A stretch of 64,000 nt of DNA, taken from NCBI GenBank assembly GCA_965229995.1, contig OZ245933.1:1317800-1381799 (forward strand). Direction: 5' to 3'. This DNA is from Thermodesulfobacteriota bacterium (GTDB lineage: Bacteria > Desulfobacterota_D > UBA1144 > Nemesobacterales > Nemesobacteraceae). The notes under the pieces are model-generated. The model worked only from the letters and a program-made list of their open reading frames with translations, made no database searches and was not told the DNA's origin. Both the position numbers and the translations under genes were made by a program. Below are positions 39,441 to 49,011 of this stretch, in pieces (positions within the stretch are counted from its first letter, which is position 1; every line of letters begins with the position of its first letter).

Positions 39441-40235
39441 ATGAAGGGAGAAGAGAATCTATTTCGCAAAGGGCTTTTTGTTTCTCTGGGTTTTCATCTG
39501 CTTGTTGTTTGTCTGCTTTCTCTGGGAGTGGGGAGACACGGGGAGGTTTCCCCGGAAAGTTCAATAGAAGTATCACTTTCGACCCATGCTCCGCGTGTCG
39601 ACAAAAAAAAATCAGATGTAAAGTCACCCAGTCATCCCCAGAAACCAGAAAAAAGTGCGAAGAAAAAAGTTAAAAAAACTCCCTCGGCACAGGTGAAAAC
39701 CCCCGAAAAGCGGAAGGAGCCTGTAGCAACACGCAAGGAGACAGTTGCAGAAAAGACCGCGCAGAGCACGAAGCCCGAAACTGAGAAGGAGGAAGCTGCT
39801 GCCGAGGAAAATCCTCTTGACTCCGGAAAGAGAGAAGTTATCAGGGACATCAAAAAGGAATCCGTTTTGAGGAGTATCGAGAAAGCAGGGGAAGCGGCGT
39901 CAGCCCAGCCTGCCTCCAAAAAGGCCGGCCCGGGGCTCATCTCGCTTGTGCTTGACGTTTATTACAGAACAATATCGAAACGGATACAGAGAAACCTTAT
40001 CCTGCCCCTTAACATAGATTCCAGCGTTTTTCTCGCGGCCCAAGTGAATTTTCATATGAGAGAAAACGGAGAGGTGTACGACGTAGGTATAGAAACAAGT
40101 TCCGGAAACAGAAGTTTCGATTCTTACTGCATAAAGGCCGTAGACGCAGCTTCACCGCTGCCCCCTCCCCCAAACGAGCTGAGGGACAGGATAAAATCGG
40201 AATTTTTCATCATTTCATGTGAAAGTAAAAAGTGA
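39441..40235 (+). CDS. TolA/TonB-like energy transducer (N-terminal anchor, Lys/Glu-rich linker, TonB_C-like C-terminus)
   Basis: 264 aa with a transmembrane helix, a charged low-complexity linker (KKKVKKTPSAQVKTPEKRKEP...) and a C-terminal domain of about 90 aa with the TolA/TonB fold pattern. Confidence 0.7.
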   Translation: MKGEENLFRKGLFVSLGFHLLVVCLLSLGVGRHGEVSPESSIEVSLSTHAPRVDKKKSDVKSPSHPQKPEKSAKKKVKKTPSAQVKTPEKRKEPVATRKETVAEKTAQSTKPETEKEEAAAEENPLDSGKREVIRDIKKESVLRSIEKAGEAASAQPASKKAGPGLISLVLDVYYRTISKRIQRNLILPLNIDSSVFLAAQVNFHMRENGEVYDVGIETSSGNRSFDSYCIKAVDAASPLPPPPNELRDRIKSEFFIISCESKK

Positions 40236-40876
40236 TTCGTATGCGCCTGATATTCGTAAGACACGGAAAAACGGACTGGAACGAAATCGGAAGATGCCAG
40301 GGAGTAAGCGATGTTCCGCTCAACAAGGGCGGAATTGAGCAGGCGGAAAAAGTGGCTTTCTCTCTTAAAGACGAGAGGATCGACCGCATATACTCAAGCG
40401 ATCTCATAAGGGCAAAGACTACGGCGGAGAAAATCGCCGCGTATCACTCCCTTGACCTTAATATCAGGGATGATCTCCGGGAGATGGACCAGGGAGTTTT
40501 TGAAGGGCTTGATTTCTCCTACATAAGGGAGAAATATTCTGACGTGCTTGAGCACTGGCGCAGAGACCCAGAAACCCTGCAGTTGCCCGGGGGAGAGACC
40601 CTAAGCGGCGTTCAGCAGAGGGCGCTTGATGCCGTCGCGGATATCAGAAGTTGCTTCGGGTCGCAGAACATAGTGATCGTAAGTCACAATCTGGTTATAG
40701 GGGCCCTGCTTTGCAGATTTGCCGGAAGTTCGCTCAAGGAATTCCGCGATTACATGGTGGATGAAGCCTCAAAAAGCGTTGTTGAGATATGTGACGACAG
40801 ATTCATTATAATATCCTTTAACGATATTGATCACTTGGGCCCTCTCGGCGATAAAACAGGCCGCGAAAATTCATGA
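40232..40876 (+). CDS. Histidine phosphatase family protein (phosphoglycerate mutase-like)
   Basis: Has the RHG catalytic motif (LIFVRHGKTDWN) and a downstream His; the family is unambiguous but the substrate is unknown. Confidence 0.8.
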   Translation: MIRMRLIFVRHGKTDWNEIGRCQGVSDVPLNKGGIEQAEKVAFSLKDERIDRIYSSDLIRAKTTAEKIAAYHSLDLNIRDDLREMDQGVFEGLDFSYIREKYSDVLEHWRRDPETLQLPGGETLSGVQQRALDAVADIRSCFGSQNIVIVSHNLVIGALLCRFAGSSLKEFRDYMVDEASKSVVEICDDRFIIISFNDIDHLGPLGDKTGRENS

Positions 40877-42546
40877 AGGACGAAATACTGAAAGTAATAA
40901 AAGAGTCCGTGGATTCGCTTGCGTTTCCCGGAATCCCGGCGGGGGACAAGGCGGAGTTTGAGGTGTCGGTTTCGAAAAAAAAGGAATTCGGCGATTTCTC
41001 CACAAACGCGGCACTTGTTATAGGAAGCATGACGGGCGCGAGTCCGCGCGAAGTCGCGCAAAGCATAGTAGAGGCCATAGAGCAGCGCCAGTGCGACTTC
41101 ATAGAAAGGCTTGATATCGCCGGGCCGGGATTTATCAATTTTTTCGTTAACGAGACTCTGTTCGGATCCGGACTTCGGGAAATTCTTCGTCTGGGCGACC
41201 GATACGGAGCTTCCCGCGAGGGTTCCGGACAGAAGGTAATGGTTGAGTTCGTAAGCGCCAATCCTACGGGTTACCTTCATTTCGGTCACGCGCGAAACGC
41301 CGTTGTCGGAGATTCGGTGTCCAGAATGCTTTCCTTTTGCGGATATGAGGTGACCAGGGAATTTTACGTAAACGATGCGGGCAGGCAGATGGATATGCTC
41401 GGCGAGTCCGTATACTCGGCCCTCGCACACTTGTACGGACTCACAAAAGAGCTTCCAGAAGACGGGTATCACGGAGAATACATCTCTGAACTCGCCGGGG
41501 AAATAAGGAAATCGGAGAGATGTCCGCAAGTGCCCGGGGATGAATCAGCCGCTATCGAGTTCTGCAAAGAATTTGCCTACTCAGAACTGCTTGAGGAAAT
41601 AAAAACTGACCTTCTGGACCTGAGGGTGGATTTTGACAACTGGTACAGCGAGAGAACCGAAATACACGGTCGCGACTCAGGAGAAGAAAAAATTGCCGAA
41701 ACTCTCGCCAGACTTGAAAATCTTGACGCAGTTGAGAAAAAAGAGCAGGCGCTTTGGTTCAAGGCTTCTCTGTACGGGGACGGCAAGGACTGGGTAATAA
41801 TAAAAAAAGACGGCACCCCGACTTACTTTCTCTCAGACATAGCTTACCACGTGGATAAATACTCAAGGGGCTTTTCCAGGCTGATAAACGTCTGGGGGGC
41901 CGACCACCACAGTCACGTCTCGCGCCTTAAGTCGTCAATGAAGGCCCTTGGCCTAGATAAATCTTCTCTGCAGGTACTTCTTATACAGTTCGTAAGGCTC
42001 GTAAGGGACGGCGAGGAAGTTGCGATGTCGAAAAGAACGGGAGATTACGTCACGCTTCGCGAAGTGCTGCGCGAAGTCGGATGTGACGCCGCAAGATTCT
42101 TTCTGCTGATGAGAAGCTCGGACAGTCACCTCGATTTCGATCTTTCCCTGGCGAAAAAAGAATCAAGCGAAAATCCCGTTTACTACGTTCAGTACGCAAA
42201 CGCGAGAATTTCAAGCCTGCTAAGAAACTCGGCGGAAGCGGGAGTGAGCGCTTCGGAAAAACATCTTGACCTGCTCTCAGAGGATGAGGAACGAAGCATA
42301 GTGAAAAGACTTCTCAGATTCCCTGAGGTCGTCCTCTCCGCGGCCGAGTCGCTTTCTCCGCATAAGGTAGTCTATTATCTTCAGGAATTGGCGGCTGAGT
42401 TTCATTTTTATTACAATAAAACAAGGATACTGGACTCAGAGAACGCCGATACGGCTTCCGCGAGGCTTTACTTGGCCCGCTGCGTACAGGTAGTTATAGA
42501 AAACGGTCTCGGGCTTCTCGGAATAAACGCTCCCCGGAGCATGTAA
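40873..42546 (+). CDS. argS: Arginine--tRNA ligase
   Basis: 557 aa class I aminoacyl-tRNA synthetase with HIGH-like SANPTGYLHFGHAR, a KMSKS-like motif (AMSKRTG) and a DALR anticodon-binding C-terminus. Confidence 0.95.
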   Translation: MKDEILKVIKESVDSLAFPGIPAGDKAEFEVSVSKKKEFGDFSTNAALVIGSMTGASPREVAQSIVEAIEQRQCDFIERLDIAGPGFINFFVNETLFGSGLREILRLGDRYGASREGSGQKVMVEFVSANPTGYLHFGHARNAVVGDSVSRMLSFCGYEVTREFYVNDAGRQMDMLGESVYSALAHLYGLTKELPEDGYHGEYISELAGEIRKSERCPQVPGDESAAIEFCKEFAYSELLEEIKTDLLDLRVDFDNWYSERTEIHGRDSGEEKIAETLARLENLDAVEKKEQALWFKASLYGDGKDWVIIKKDGTPTYFLSDIAYHVDKYSRGFSRLINVWGADHHSHVSRLKSSMKALGLDKSSLQVLLIQFVRLVRDGEEVAMSKRTGDYVTLREVLREVGCDAARFFLLMRSSDSHLDFDLSLAKKESSENPVYYVQYANARISSLLRNSAEAGVSASEKHLDLLSEDEERSIVKRLLRFPEVVLSAAESLSPHKVVYYLQELAAEFHFYYNKTRILDSENADTASARLYLARCVQVVIENGLGLLGINAPRSM

Positions 42547-42548
42547 AA

Positions 42549-43085
42549 ATGACTGAAGAAAGAAAAGAAAAAAATCTCCGGGTGCTGCGTCTGTCCCTAG
42601 TTTTTCTCGTTGTTTTCACAATGGTGTTTTCTCTGGGAGTTGTAGTGGGGAAGAAATTCATACCCACAGACGAACCCGCTTCGGCGGAGAAATCTCCCGG
42701 TCTGCTGGAAAAACTGTTTTCGTTTGTACCGCGAGGGGAATCCCCGAGCGGCGAAGAGGAAAACCCGGCCGCATCCACAGACGAATCTTCTTCGGATAGA
42801 ATATCCACTCGTGACGAGTACCTGTCGGCGATGATCAACCCCGATCACAAATACACTATTCAGATCAGCTCCTTCCTTAGCAAGAAAGTCGCCAACCGCA
42901 CGGTAAGGTTTTACAAAGACAAAGGGTATCCAGCTTTTATAAGAGAGTACTCGCCTTCTGAAATCACCACTTTCTACAGGGTGAGGATAGGAACCTTTCA
43001 ATCCAAGGAACAGGCGCAGGAATACGGAAGCGAGATAAAGGAAAAAGAAAGAGACTTCAAGTTTTACATAACTCTCAATGACTGA
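42549..43085 (+). CDS. SPOR-domain protein (FtsN/DedD-like septal peptidoglycan-binding protein)
   Basis: 178 aa with an N-terminal transmembrane helix, a disordered linker and a C-terminal SPOR domain (YTIQISSFLSKKVANRTVRFYKDKGYPAFIRE...YRVRIGTFQSKEQAQEYGSEIK). Confidence 0.8.
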   Translation: MTEERKEKNLRVLRLSLVFLVVFTMVFSLGVVVGKKFIPTDEPASAEKSPGLLEKLFSFVPRGESPSGEEENPAASTDESSSDRISTRDEYLSAMINPDHKYTIQISSFLSKKVANRTVRFYKDKGYPAFIREYSPSEITTFYRVRIGTFQSKEQAQEYGSEIKEKERDFKFYITLND

Positions 43086-43159
43086 TCAGCGGAGGGCGGG
43101 AATATACCGTCTACCCAAAGATAGACTACAGGGGAGATTACAGGTTATTATTTGTTCCC

Positions 43160-43900
43160 ATGGAAAACGAGCAGATATCCGCTAACTCCGAAGAAACTGA
43201 CGAGAGATCAAAGACCGGAAGAAAACCGGACTCTTCCAAGCTTCTCTCGGGCGGGATCAAGTCCTGGTGGGTCTTTCTCATGAGCCCCATAGAGGACTTT
43301 CTCATAGACAGGAAGTTCCGCCCCAACGTACTTACTATTACCACGCTGCTGGTTTCCGCGCTCGCCGGCTACTTTTTCCATCTGGGCATGATCTTCATAG
43401 CAGGGGTGCTGCTGCTGGCCGGCTCAACCTTTGACATTTTCGACGGCAGGGTGGCACGCGCACAAGGTCTCAATTCACCCAAAGGAGCTTTCTTTGACTC
43501 CTGCGTGGACAGATATTCGGAAGTTCTTATCTACATGGGTCTTCTGAGCTTTTTCAGAGACACTTTCTTCGTTTACATAGTTTTCCTGATAGTCAGCTGT
43601 TCCATGATGGTCAGCTACACAAAAGCCAGGGCCGAGGGGCTTGGAATTGACTGCGAGGTAGGAATAATGCAGAGAACCGAAAGAGTAGTCTACCTCGGGG
43701 TTCTCGCGGCGTTTAACTTCCTCGGCAACATAGTTACTTTTTTTCTCGGGTTCGGAAACAGGGATTACCTTCTGAAACTCTCGGTCATCATTCTGTTTCT
43801 CTTCTCCTTTTACACATCGATCCAGAGGATGGCTCATGTAATGAAGAAGATAGACGAAGCGGGAAACGGTGGGACGGACGGAACCGGAGCCGCGGACTAG
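43160..43900 (+). CDS. CDP-alcohol phosphatidyltransferase family protein
   Basis: Carries the diagnostic motif D-G-x2-A-R-x8-G-x3-D-x3-D ([27 protein letters not shown]) in a multi-transmembrane protein. The specific head-group specificity cannot be told from sequence. Confidence 0.8.
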   Translation: MENEQISANSEETDERSKTGRKPDSSKLLSGGIKSWWVFLMSPIEDFLIDRKFRPNVLTITTLLVSALAGYFFHLGMIFIAGVLLLAGSTFDIFDGRVARAQGLNSPKGAFFDSCVDRYSEVLIYMGLLSFFRDTFFVYIVFLIVSCSMMVSYTKARAEGLGIDCEVGIMQRTERVVYLGVLAAFNFLGNIVTFFLGFGNRDYLLKLSVIILFLFSFYTSIQRMAHVMKKIDEAGNGGTDGTGAAD

Positions 43901-44250
43901 GAGCTTCTCTCCCTTATCCTGCTGGCTTTCTTTGAAAGGCCTCTTAGATAGTAAAGCTTGGCCCTTCTCACGCGGCCTTTTCTTTTTACCTCTATTTTCC
44001 CTATAAGCGGGGAGTGTACGGGGAAGATTCTCTCGACGCCGATACCGTAGGAAACCTTTCTTATCGTGAAAGTTTCCCTGAAGCCCGAGCCTTTTCTGGC
44101 TATCACAGTGCCTTCAAAAACCTGGATCCTTCTCCTTTCGCCTTCCTTAATGTTGTAGTGGACCGATACAGTGTCCCCGGCCCGAAATTCCGGCAGGTCG
44201 GTTCTCAGGTGTTTTTTTTCAATTTCTGCTATAATTCCCATTTTTTTCAA
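43897..44250 (-). CDS. rplS: 50S ribosomal protein L19
   Basis: 117 aa ribosomal L19 ([33 protein letters not shown]), at the end of the rpsP-rimM-trmD-rplS operon. Confidence 0.95.
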   Translation of the reverse strand: MKKMGIIAEIEKKHLRTDLPEFRAGDTVSVHYNIKEGERRRIQVFEGTVIARKGSGFRETFTIRKVSYGIGVERIFPVHSPLIGKIEVKRKGRVRRAKLYYLRGLSKKASRIRERSS

Positions 44251-44272
44251 TCTTCCTTTTCGCGGGATGTTG

Positions 44273-44301
44273 AATATACAGAACCTCTACGGTGTTGTCA
44301 A
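44273..44301 (-). promoter_or_regulatory. Near-consensus sigma70 promoter between trmD and rplS
   Basis: On the minus strand, TTGACA (44301-44296), a 17-nt spacer and TATATT (44278-44273), followed by an AAGGAAG ribosome-binding site and the rplS ATG. Confidence 0.5.
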
Positions 44302-44366
44302 AATATTGAAAGAGCTTTTTTTTTCAGCCGCTCCCGGAGATTTCCCGAAGCGTCCATCCCACCTAG

Positions 44367-45665
44367 TCAGGCTCCGCAGGAAAGCAGCCTGTCAAGCACT
44401 ATGGCGGCCGCACTTCTTACTGAAAGATGATTGAATCCAGTGTAACCGCTTATGGGTTTGAGCACATAGTCGGCCACTTCTATCGTTTCACGCGTGAGTC
44501 CCGACCCCGTACCGAAAAGAATCAGAAAGGGATCCGTATTTTCGAATATTTTTTCCCGAAGCACCCTGTAGCCAGTCATGTCGTTTGAAAAGCGGGCGTC
44601 TGTAACCACCATCTTCGGCTTTTTGCCCTCAATTTTCTCTATATGCCCCACGGTCTCCTCAATTGTGCTCATTATGCTTATAATGCCAAAAGCCTTGCTT
44701 TTAGTCTCGTTAAATTTTTTTCCCGCTCCCTCGGTCCAGTGATCAACAAGTCTCCCCGCTAGGCGGCGCTGTTCCTCCACGGGATTTATAAGATAAAGTT
44801 TTCTCACTCCGTAAGTAGTGGCGTCTCTGGATACATCGTGTGCGTCTATGCTCTTAAATGCAGTCGAGACGACTTCAAGACGGCTGTTGTAGGCCGGATA
44901 ATGGACCAACGCTATATAAACCTTAAAACCGGGAGGATTCTCGGCTTTAAGCTCCTTTAGAAAGTCATCCTCCTCCCCGGAGAGCTGCGCATCGTCAAGA
45001 AAAGCCGGATTCTGGATGAAAGTGCTTTTTATGCTCTCCCGCCTCCTCCATTTCCTTATCTCTCCATGGTCTCCCGAAAGAAGCACCTCGGGAACCTTCT
45101 TTCCCCTGTAAGTTCGCGGCTTTGTGTACTGAGGATACTCAAGAAGCCCGTTTTTAAGAGATTCAGAAGCAAGAGACTCCGTGTTTCCGAGAACCCCGGG
45201 AAGGTATCTCGATACGGCGTCCACTATAAGCGAGCAGGCGTATTCTCCCCCGGAGTTTATGTATTTCCCGGTCGATATCTTCATGTCGACGTAAAGTTCG
45301 TTCACCCTGTCGTCCACCCCTTCGTACCGGCCACAGAGGATTATCAGCTGTTCAAACCCGCAGAGCTCCTGCGCTTTGCGGTCGTCAAATTCCTCTCCCT
45401 TGGGGGTCGTGAGAATTACGGCGGAGCGAAGTCCTTTTTCCCTTATCCGGCCGATGGCGTTTCCTATAGGTTCCGGGGTCATAAGCATTCCGCTTCCCCC
45501 GCCATATGGGGTGTCATCAGTTTTTCCGTGCTTCGCGCCTGAATAGCTTCTAAGATCGTGGACGTTTATCTCCACCGTCTTGTTCTCAACGGCCCTGCTT
45601 ATCACTCCGAACGAGAAAATGGAATCAAAGAAATCAGGGAAGATTGTTACTATATCAAACTTCAT
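44367..45665 (-). CDS. trmD: tRNA (guanine37-N1)-methyltransferase TrmD fused to an additional C-terminal SPOUT (SpoU/TrmJ-like) methyltransferase-like domain
   Basis: Residues 1 to about 245 are a complete TrmD (MKFDIVTIFPDFF...PYGGGSGMLM...ILCGRYEGVDDRV...LLSGDHGEIRKWRR). Residues about 250-432 form a second SPOUT-like domain: motif I-like IALVHYPAYNSR...LYLINP, motif II LILFGTGSGLTRE and motif III NHLSVRSAAAIVLDRL. It is one uninterrupted 432-aa frame. Confidence 0.8.
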   Translation of the reverse strand: MKFDIVTIFPDFFDSIFSFGVISRAVENKTVEINVHDLRSYSGAKHGKTDDTPYGGGSGMLMTPEPIGNAIGRIREKGLRSAVILTTPKGEEFDDRKAQELCGFEQLIILCGRYEGVDDRVNELYVDMKISTGKYINSGGEYACSLIVDAVSRYLPGVLGNTESLASESLKNGLLEYPQYTKPRTYRGKKVPEVLLSGDHGEIRKWRRRESIKSTFIQNPAFLDDAQLSGEEDDFLKELKAENPPGFKVYIALVHYPAYNSRLEVVSTAFKSIDAHDVSRDATTYGVRKLYLINPVEEQRRLAGRLVDHWTEGAGKKFNETKSKAFGIISIMSTIEETVGHIEKIEGKKPKMVVTDARFSNDMTGYRVLREKIFENTDPFLILFGTGSGLTRETIEVADYVLKPISGYTGFNHLSVRSAAAIVLDRLLSCGA

Positions 45666-45680
45666 CGCAGCATCACGAGG

Positions 45681-46208
45681 CTAATCGAGGAGCCCTTCCA
45701 CCGGTTCCACGGTAATCACTGAACCTTCAAGATCCACCGCGGTCACGAATTTTTTGACGAACGGTACCAGGAATTCCCGCCCCGTGCTTTTTATCACGAG
45801 AATATCGTGTCCACCCGAATCGATAAGGTCCTTTACCTCTCCGACATTGTCTCCGCAGGTGGTACGGACCTGAAGCCCGATGAGATCAGACCAGAAATAC
45901 TCATCTTCTCCCGGGGACTGCAGATTGTCTCTTTCAATCAGTACGTGGAGATCTCTCAGTCCGTCTGCGGCCTCGGGGGTATCGATGCCCTTTAATTTCA
46001 AAATCGCGGTTTTTTTCTGGAATTTTATCCGGGACAGGTTGAATCTTCGGGTTTCTGTCCGGTCGGGAGCTTCTATATAGATTTCTTTTACCCCGGAGAG
46101 GTTTTCTGGGCGTCCGCCGAAGGCGAACATCTTCACTTCACCGTAGAGGCCGTGTCTTTTTGTTATCTTTCCGTAGAGGACAAGACTTTGTTTCGCGTTT
46201 TCCGGCAA
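45681..46208 (-). CDS. rimM: Ribosome maturation factor RimM
   Basis: 175 aa with an N-terminal beta-barrel (GKITKRHGLYGEVKM) and a PRC-barrel C-terminus, in the conserved position. Confidence 0.9.
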   Translation of the reverse strand: MPENAKQSLVLYGKITKRHGLYGEVKMFAFGGRPENLSGVKEIYIEAPDRTETRRFNLSRIKFQKKTAILKLKGIDTPEAADGLRDLHVLIERDNLQSPGEDEYFWSDLIGLQVRTTCGDNVGEVKDLIDSGGHDILVIKSTGREFLVPFVKKFVTAVDLEGSVITVEPVEGLLD

Positions 46209-46210
46209 TG

Positions 46211-46459
46211 CTACTCAAGAATCTCCAAAACGGCGCGTTTTTTTATCTTCGCGGCTGCGGCATTCAGTATGCTGCGAATCGCCTTTGCCGTTCTTCCCTG
46301 TTTTCCGATTACCTTGCCCAGGTCCTCAGTGGCCACTCTAAGCTCAATAACCATAGTTTTCTCACCCGCGACTTCCGTCACCTTAACCTCTTCGGGGTTA
46401 TCGACAATGGATTTAGCCATGAAATCGACGAACTCTCCGAGTTGACTCATAAGGAGCAT
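46211..46459 (-). CDS. KH-domain RNA-binding protein (UPF0109/YlqC-like)
   Basis: 82 aa with a KH GxxG motif ([13 protein letters not shown]), in the conserved position between rpsP and rimM. Confidence 0.85.
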   Translation of the reverse strand: MLLMSQLGEFVDFMAKSIVDNPEEVKVTEVAGEKTMVIELRVATEDLGKVIGKQGRTAKAIRSILNAAAAKIKKRAVLEILE

Positions 46460-46513
46460 ACCTCCTGAAACTAAAATTTTTCTGCCTAAATTCTCCGCGT
46501 GGAAGAAAATGTG

Positions 46514-46747
46514 CTACGTAACCTGCGACATGAGCTTGCTCACCCTGTTGGTTGCCTTGGCGCCGTTATCCATCCATGCTTTTACTCTCTCTATGTCTAT
46601 TTTAAGTTCGTGGGGTTTTCTTCTCGGGTCGTAATGTCCCAGTATTTCAAGAAACTTCCCATCGCGCGGGGAACGAACATCCGCGGCGACTATCCTGTAA
46701 AACGGCCTATTCTTGGATCCGATCCTGCTCAATCTTATCTTAACCAA
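46514..46747 (-). CDS. rpsP: 30S ribosomal protein S16
   Basis: 77 aa starting [20 protein letters not shown], the S16 signature. Confidence 0.95.
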   Translation of the reverse strand: MVKIRLSRIGSKNRPFYRIVAADVRSPRDGKFLEILGHYDPRRKPHELKIDIERVKAWMDNGAKATNRVSKLMSQVT

Positions 46748-46790
46748 ACTGCTACTACCTCCTGAATTCGGGATTAAAGATATGCTCCCG

Positions 46791-48155
46791 CTATCTGAAT
46801 TTCATCATTCTCTTTGCTAGTTTACCCATTTTTCCCATGTTTTTCATCATGCTTCTCATCTGTATGTAGTTTTTTATCATGCGGTTCACGTCAGGCACCG
46901 TAGTACCGCTTCCCTTCGCTATTCTCTTCCTGCGGCTGCCGTTTAGGATAGTGTGGTTTTTTCTTTCGGGCGGGGTCATGGAGTTGATTATTGCGAGGCT
47001 TTTTTTTATCTCCTCCTCGGCCTTTACCATAGCTTCCGGATTATCGGTGATTTTTTTCATACCCGGAACCATGTGCGCTATGTTTTCTATCGAGCCGAGT
47101 TTGCTCATGGCTACTATGGATTCCCTGTAGTCTTCAAGGGAGAACTGTTTTTTGGATATCCTTTCGGCAAGTTTTCTCGTTCGGTCTTCCTCGAAAGCGT
47201 CTTCTGCCTTTTCTATCAGGCTTAGGACGTCCCCCATGCCCAGGATTCTCGAGGCTATCCTCTCGGGATGAAAAACCTCAAGCGCGTCGACTTTCTCTCC
47301 CGTTCCGAAAAACTTGATCGGTTTGCCCGTGGTAGCTTTTATCGAAAGTGCCGCCCCTCCCCTCGCGTCCGCGTCCATCTTGGTGAGAACCACGCCGTCG
47401 AGGTCAACGGCTTCATCGAAACTCTGCGAAACGTTCACGGCATCCTGTCCCGTCATCGAGTCGGCGACCAGGAGGATTTCATGGGGATTTATCTTCTTCT
47501 TTATGTTCCCAAGCTCATCCATAAGCTCGCGGTCGAGGTGGAGGCGTCCCGCAGTGTCTATGATTACCGCGTCCGCCCCTTGTCTCGCCGAACCCGAAAC
47601 CGCATCCGCGCACACATCCACGGGGTCCGTTCCGGCCACTGTATCGTAGACGGCTACGTCTATTTTTTCCCCGAGTACTTTCAACTGCTCTATCGCAGCG
47701 GGGCGGTAGATGTCCGCGGGAACGAGCAGGGGAGTTTTTCCATGGCGTTCCTTAAGGAACTTGGCAAGCTTTGACGCCGTGGTGGTTTTTCCCGAACCCT
47801 GAAGCCCGACCAGCATTATTATCACGGGAGGAGAAACGTTAAGATTCAGAGGTTCGTTTTCCCGCCCCAGAATTCCGGTAAGTTCCTCTTTTACTATTTT
47901 TATGAACTGCTGTCCTGGATTAAGGCTCCTTTCGACTTCCTGACCCAGCGCTCTCTCCTTGACAAGTTCGATGAACTGGCGGACCACCCTGAAATTGACA
48001 TCAGCTTCAAGAAAGCTCAGGCGCACTTCGCGAAGAGCGTCTTCTATGTTTTTTTCGCTTAGCTTTCCGTAGCCCCCTATTGTTTTAAGGGTGGAGCCGA
48101 GTTTTTTCGAGATTCCTTCAAACATCAGTGCGCTGCCTGCCGGTTCTAAGCCCAT
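46791..48155 (-). CDS. ffh: Signal recognition particle protein Ffh
   Basis: 454 aa with an NG domain ([15 protein letters not shown]) and a Met-rich M domain ([18 protein letters not shown]). Confidence 0.95.
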   Translation of the reverse strand: MGLEPAGSALMFEGISKKLGSTLKTIGGYGKLSEKNIEDALREVRLSFLEADVNFRVVRQFIELVKERALGQEVERSLNPGQQFIKIVKEELTGILGRENEPLNLNVSPPVIIMLVGLQGSGKTTTASKLAKFLKERHGKTPLLVPADIYRPAAIEQLKVLGEKIDVAVYDTVAGTDPVDVCADAVSGSARQGADAVIIDTAGRLHLDRELMDELGNIKKKINPHEILLVADSMTGQDAVNVSQSFDEAVDLDGVVLTKMDADARGGAALSIKATTGKPIKFFGTGEKVDALEVFHPERIASRILGMGDVLSLIEKAEDAFEEDRTRKLAERISKKQFSLEDYRESIVAMSKLGSIENIAHMVPGMKKITDNPEAMVKAEEEIKKSLAIINSMTPPERKNHTILNGSRRKRIAKGSGTTVPDVNRMIKNYIQMRSMMKNMGKMGKLAKRMMKFR

Positions 48156-48320
48156 GAGGGCCGTGATTACGATTTATATAATACCGGAATTGCGAAATAC
48201 AATCCTTCCCCGGCCGAGGCGCGGAAAAACCTGAAGACCCACGTTTGAGAAGCGGTCATATGGACAAAACGCTCAAGGCTATTATAATTAGCTTGATTTG
48301 CATTTTATTCGGAGGCACCG

Positions 48321-48902
48321 TTGAAACTCGGAGTATACGGTTACATAAAGCAGTTCATGAGATATCCGAAGAGCACGGGTTCTATAGCACCTTCAAACGA
48401 AGAACTGTCAGAACTTGTCACCGAGACCGCCCGGCTAAGCGAAATGGGGACCGTGGTAGAACTTGGCCCGGGAACCGGGGTTTTTACCGAGAAGATCCTT
48501 GAGAAGAAAAGCCCTGAAGCGCTGTTTTTCGCAATAGAGATCAACCCCGAGTTCTACGAAGCTACCAAGTCCCGATGTCCCTCCGCGACAGTCTACATGG
48601 ACTCCGCGGAGAATATGAAAAAATATCTTCAGAGGCACGGAAAAGATTCCTGCGACTGTATTATTTCAAGTCTTCCGTGGGCGGTGTTTGACCACGGAAC
48701 CCAGGATAGACTGCTTAACGCTATCTGGGACGTGCTGAGGCCCGGAGGCAAGATGATTACCTTCAGTTACTCAATCAGCATGGTGGTTCCAAACGCCAGG
48801 AGATTCCGCTCGATTCTGCGAAGCAAGTTCACAAGTGTCGTCAAGTCAAAAACTGTCTGGTCCAATTTCCCTCCCGCGTTTGTGTACAGCGCGGAAAAAT
48901 AA
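48321..48902 (+). CDS. Class I SAM-dependent methyltransferase (RrnaAD/PmtA-like, possible phospholipid N-methyltransferase)
   Basis: 193 aa with PKSTGSIAPSNEEL followed by the SAM motif VVELGPGTGVFT; the pattern resembles Rhodobacter-type PmtA and small rRNA-adenine-dimethylase-like methyltransferases. Confidence 0.65.
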   Translation: MKLGVYGYIKQFMRYPKSTGSIAPSNEELSELVTETARLSEMGTVVELGPGTGVFTEKILEKKSPEALFFAIEINPEFYEATKSRCPSATVYMDSAENMKKYLQRHGKDSCDCIISSLPWAVFDHGTQDRLLNAIWDVLRPGGKMITFSYSISMVVPNARRFRSILRSKFTSVVKSKTVWSNFPPAFVYSAEK

Positions 48903-49011
48903 TCTCATCTCCCTCAATTCGGCCCCGGCCAAGACCGGATCAGCAACCCGGATTCCGCAGCGCAAGAACTGTTGGGTATAATTAAAGGATAACGCGTAAG
49001 CGGTCTTCTTC

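Noticed and set aside
39441-40235. Calling the third gene of the tolQ-tolR triplet specifically TolA or specifically TonB
   Set aside because: Both have an N-terminal anchor, a charged linker and a structurally similar C-terminal domain. Without tolB/pal or a TonB-box receptor nearby, the call is left generic.
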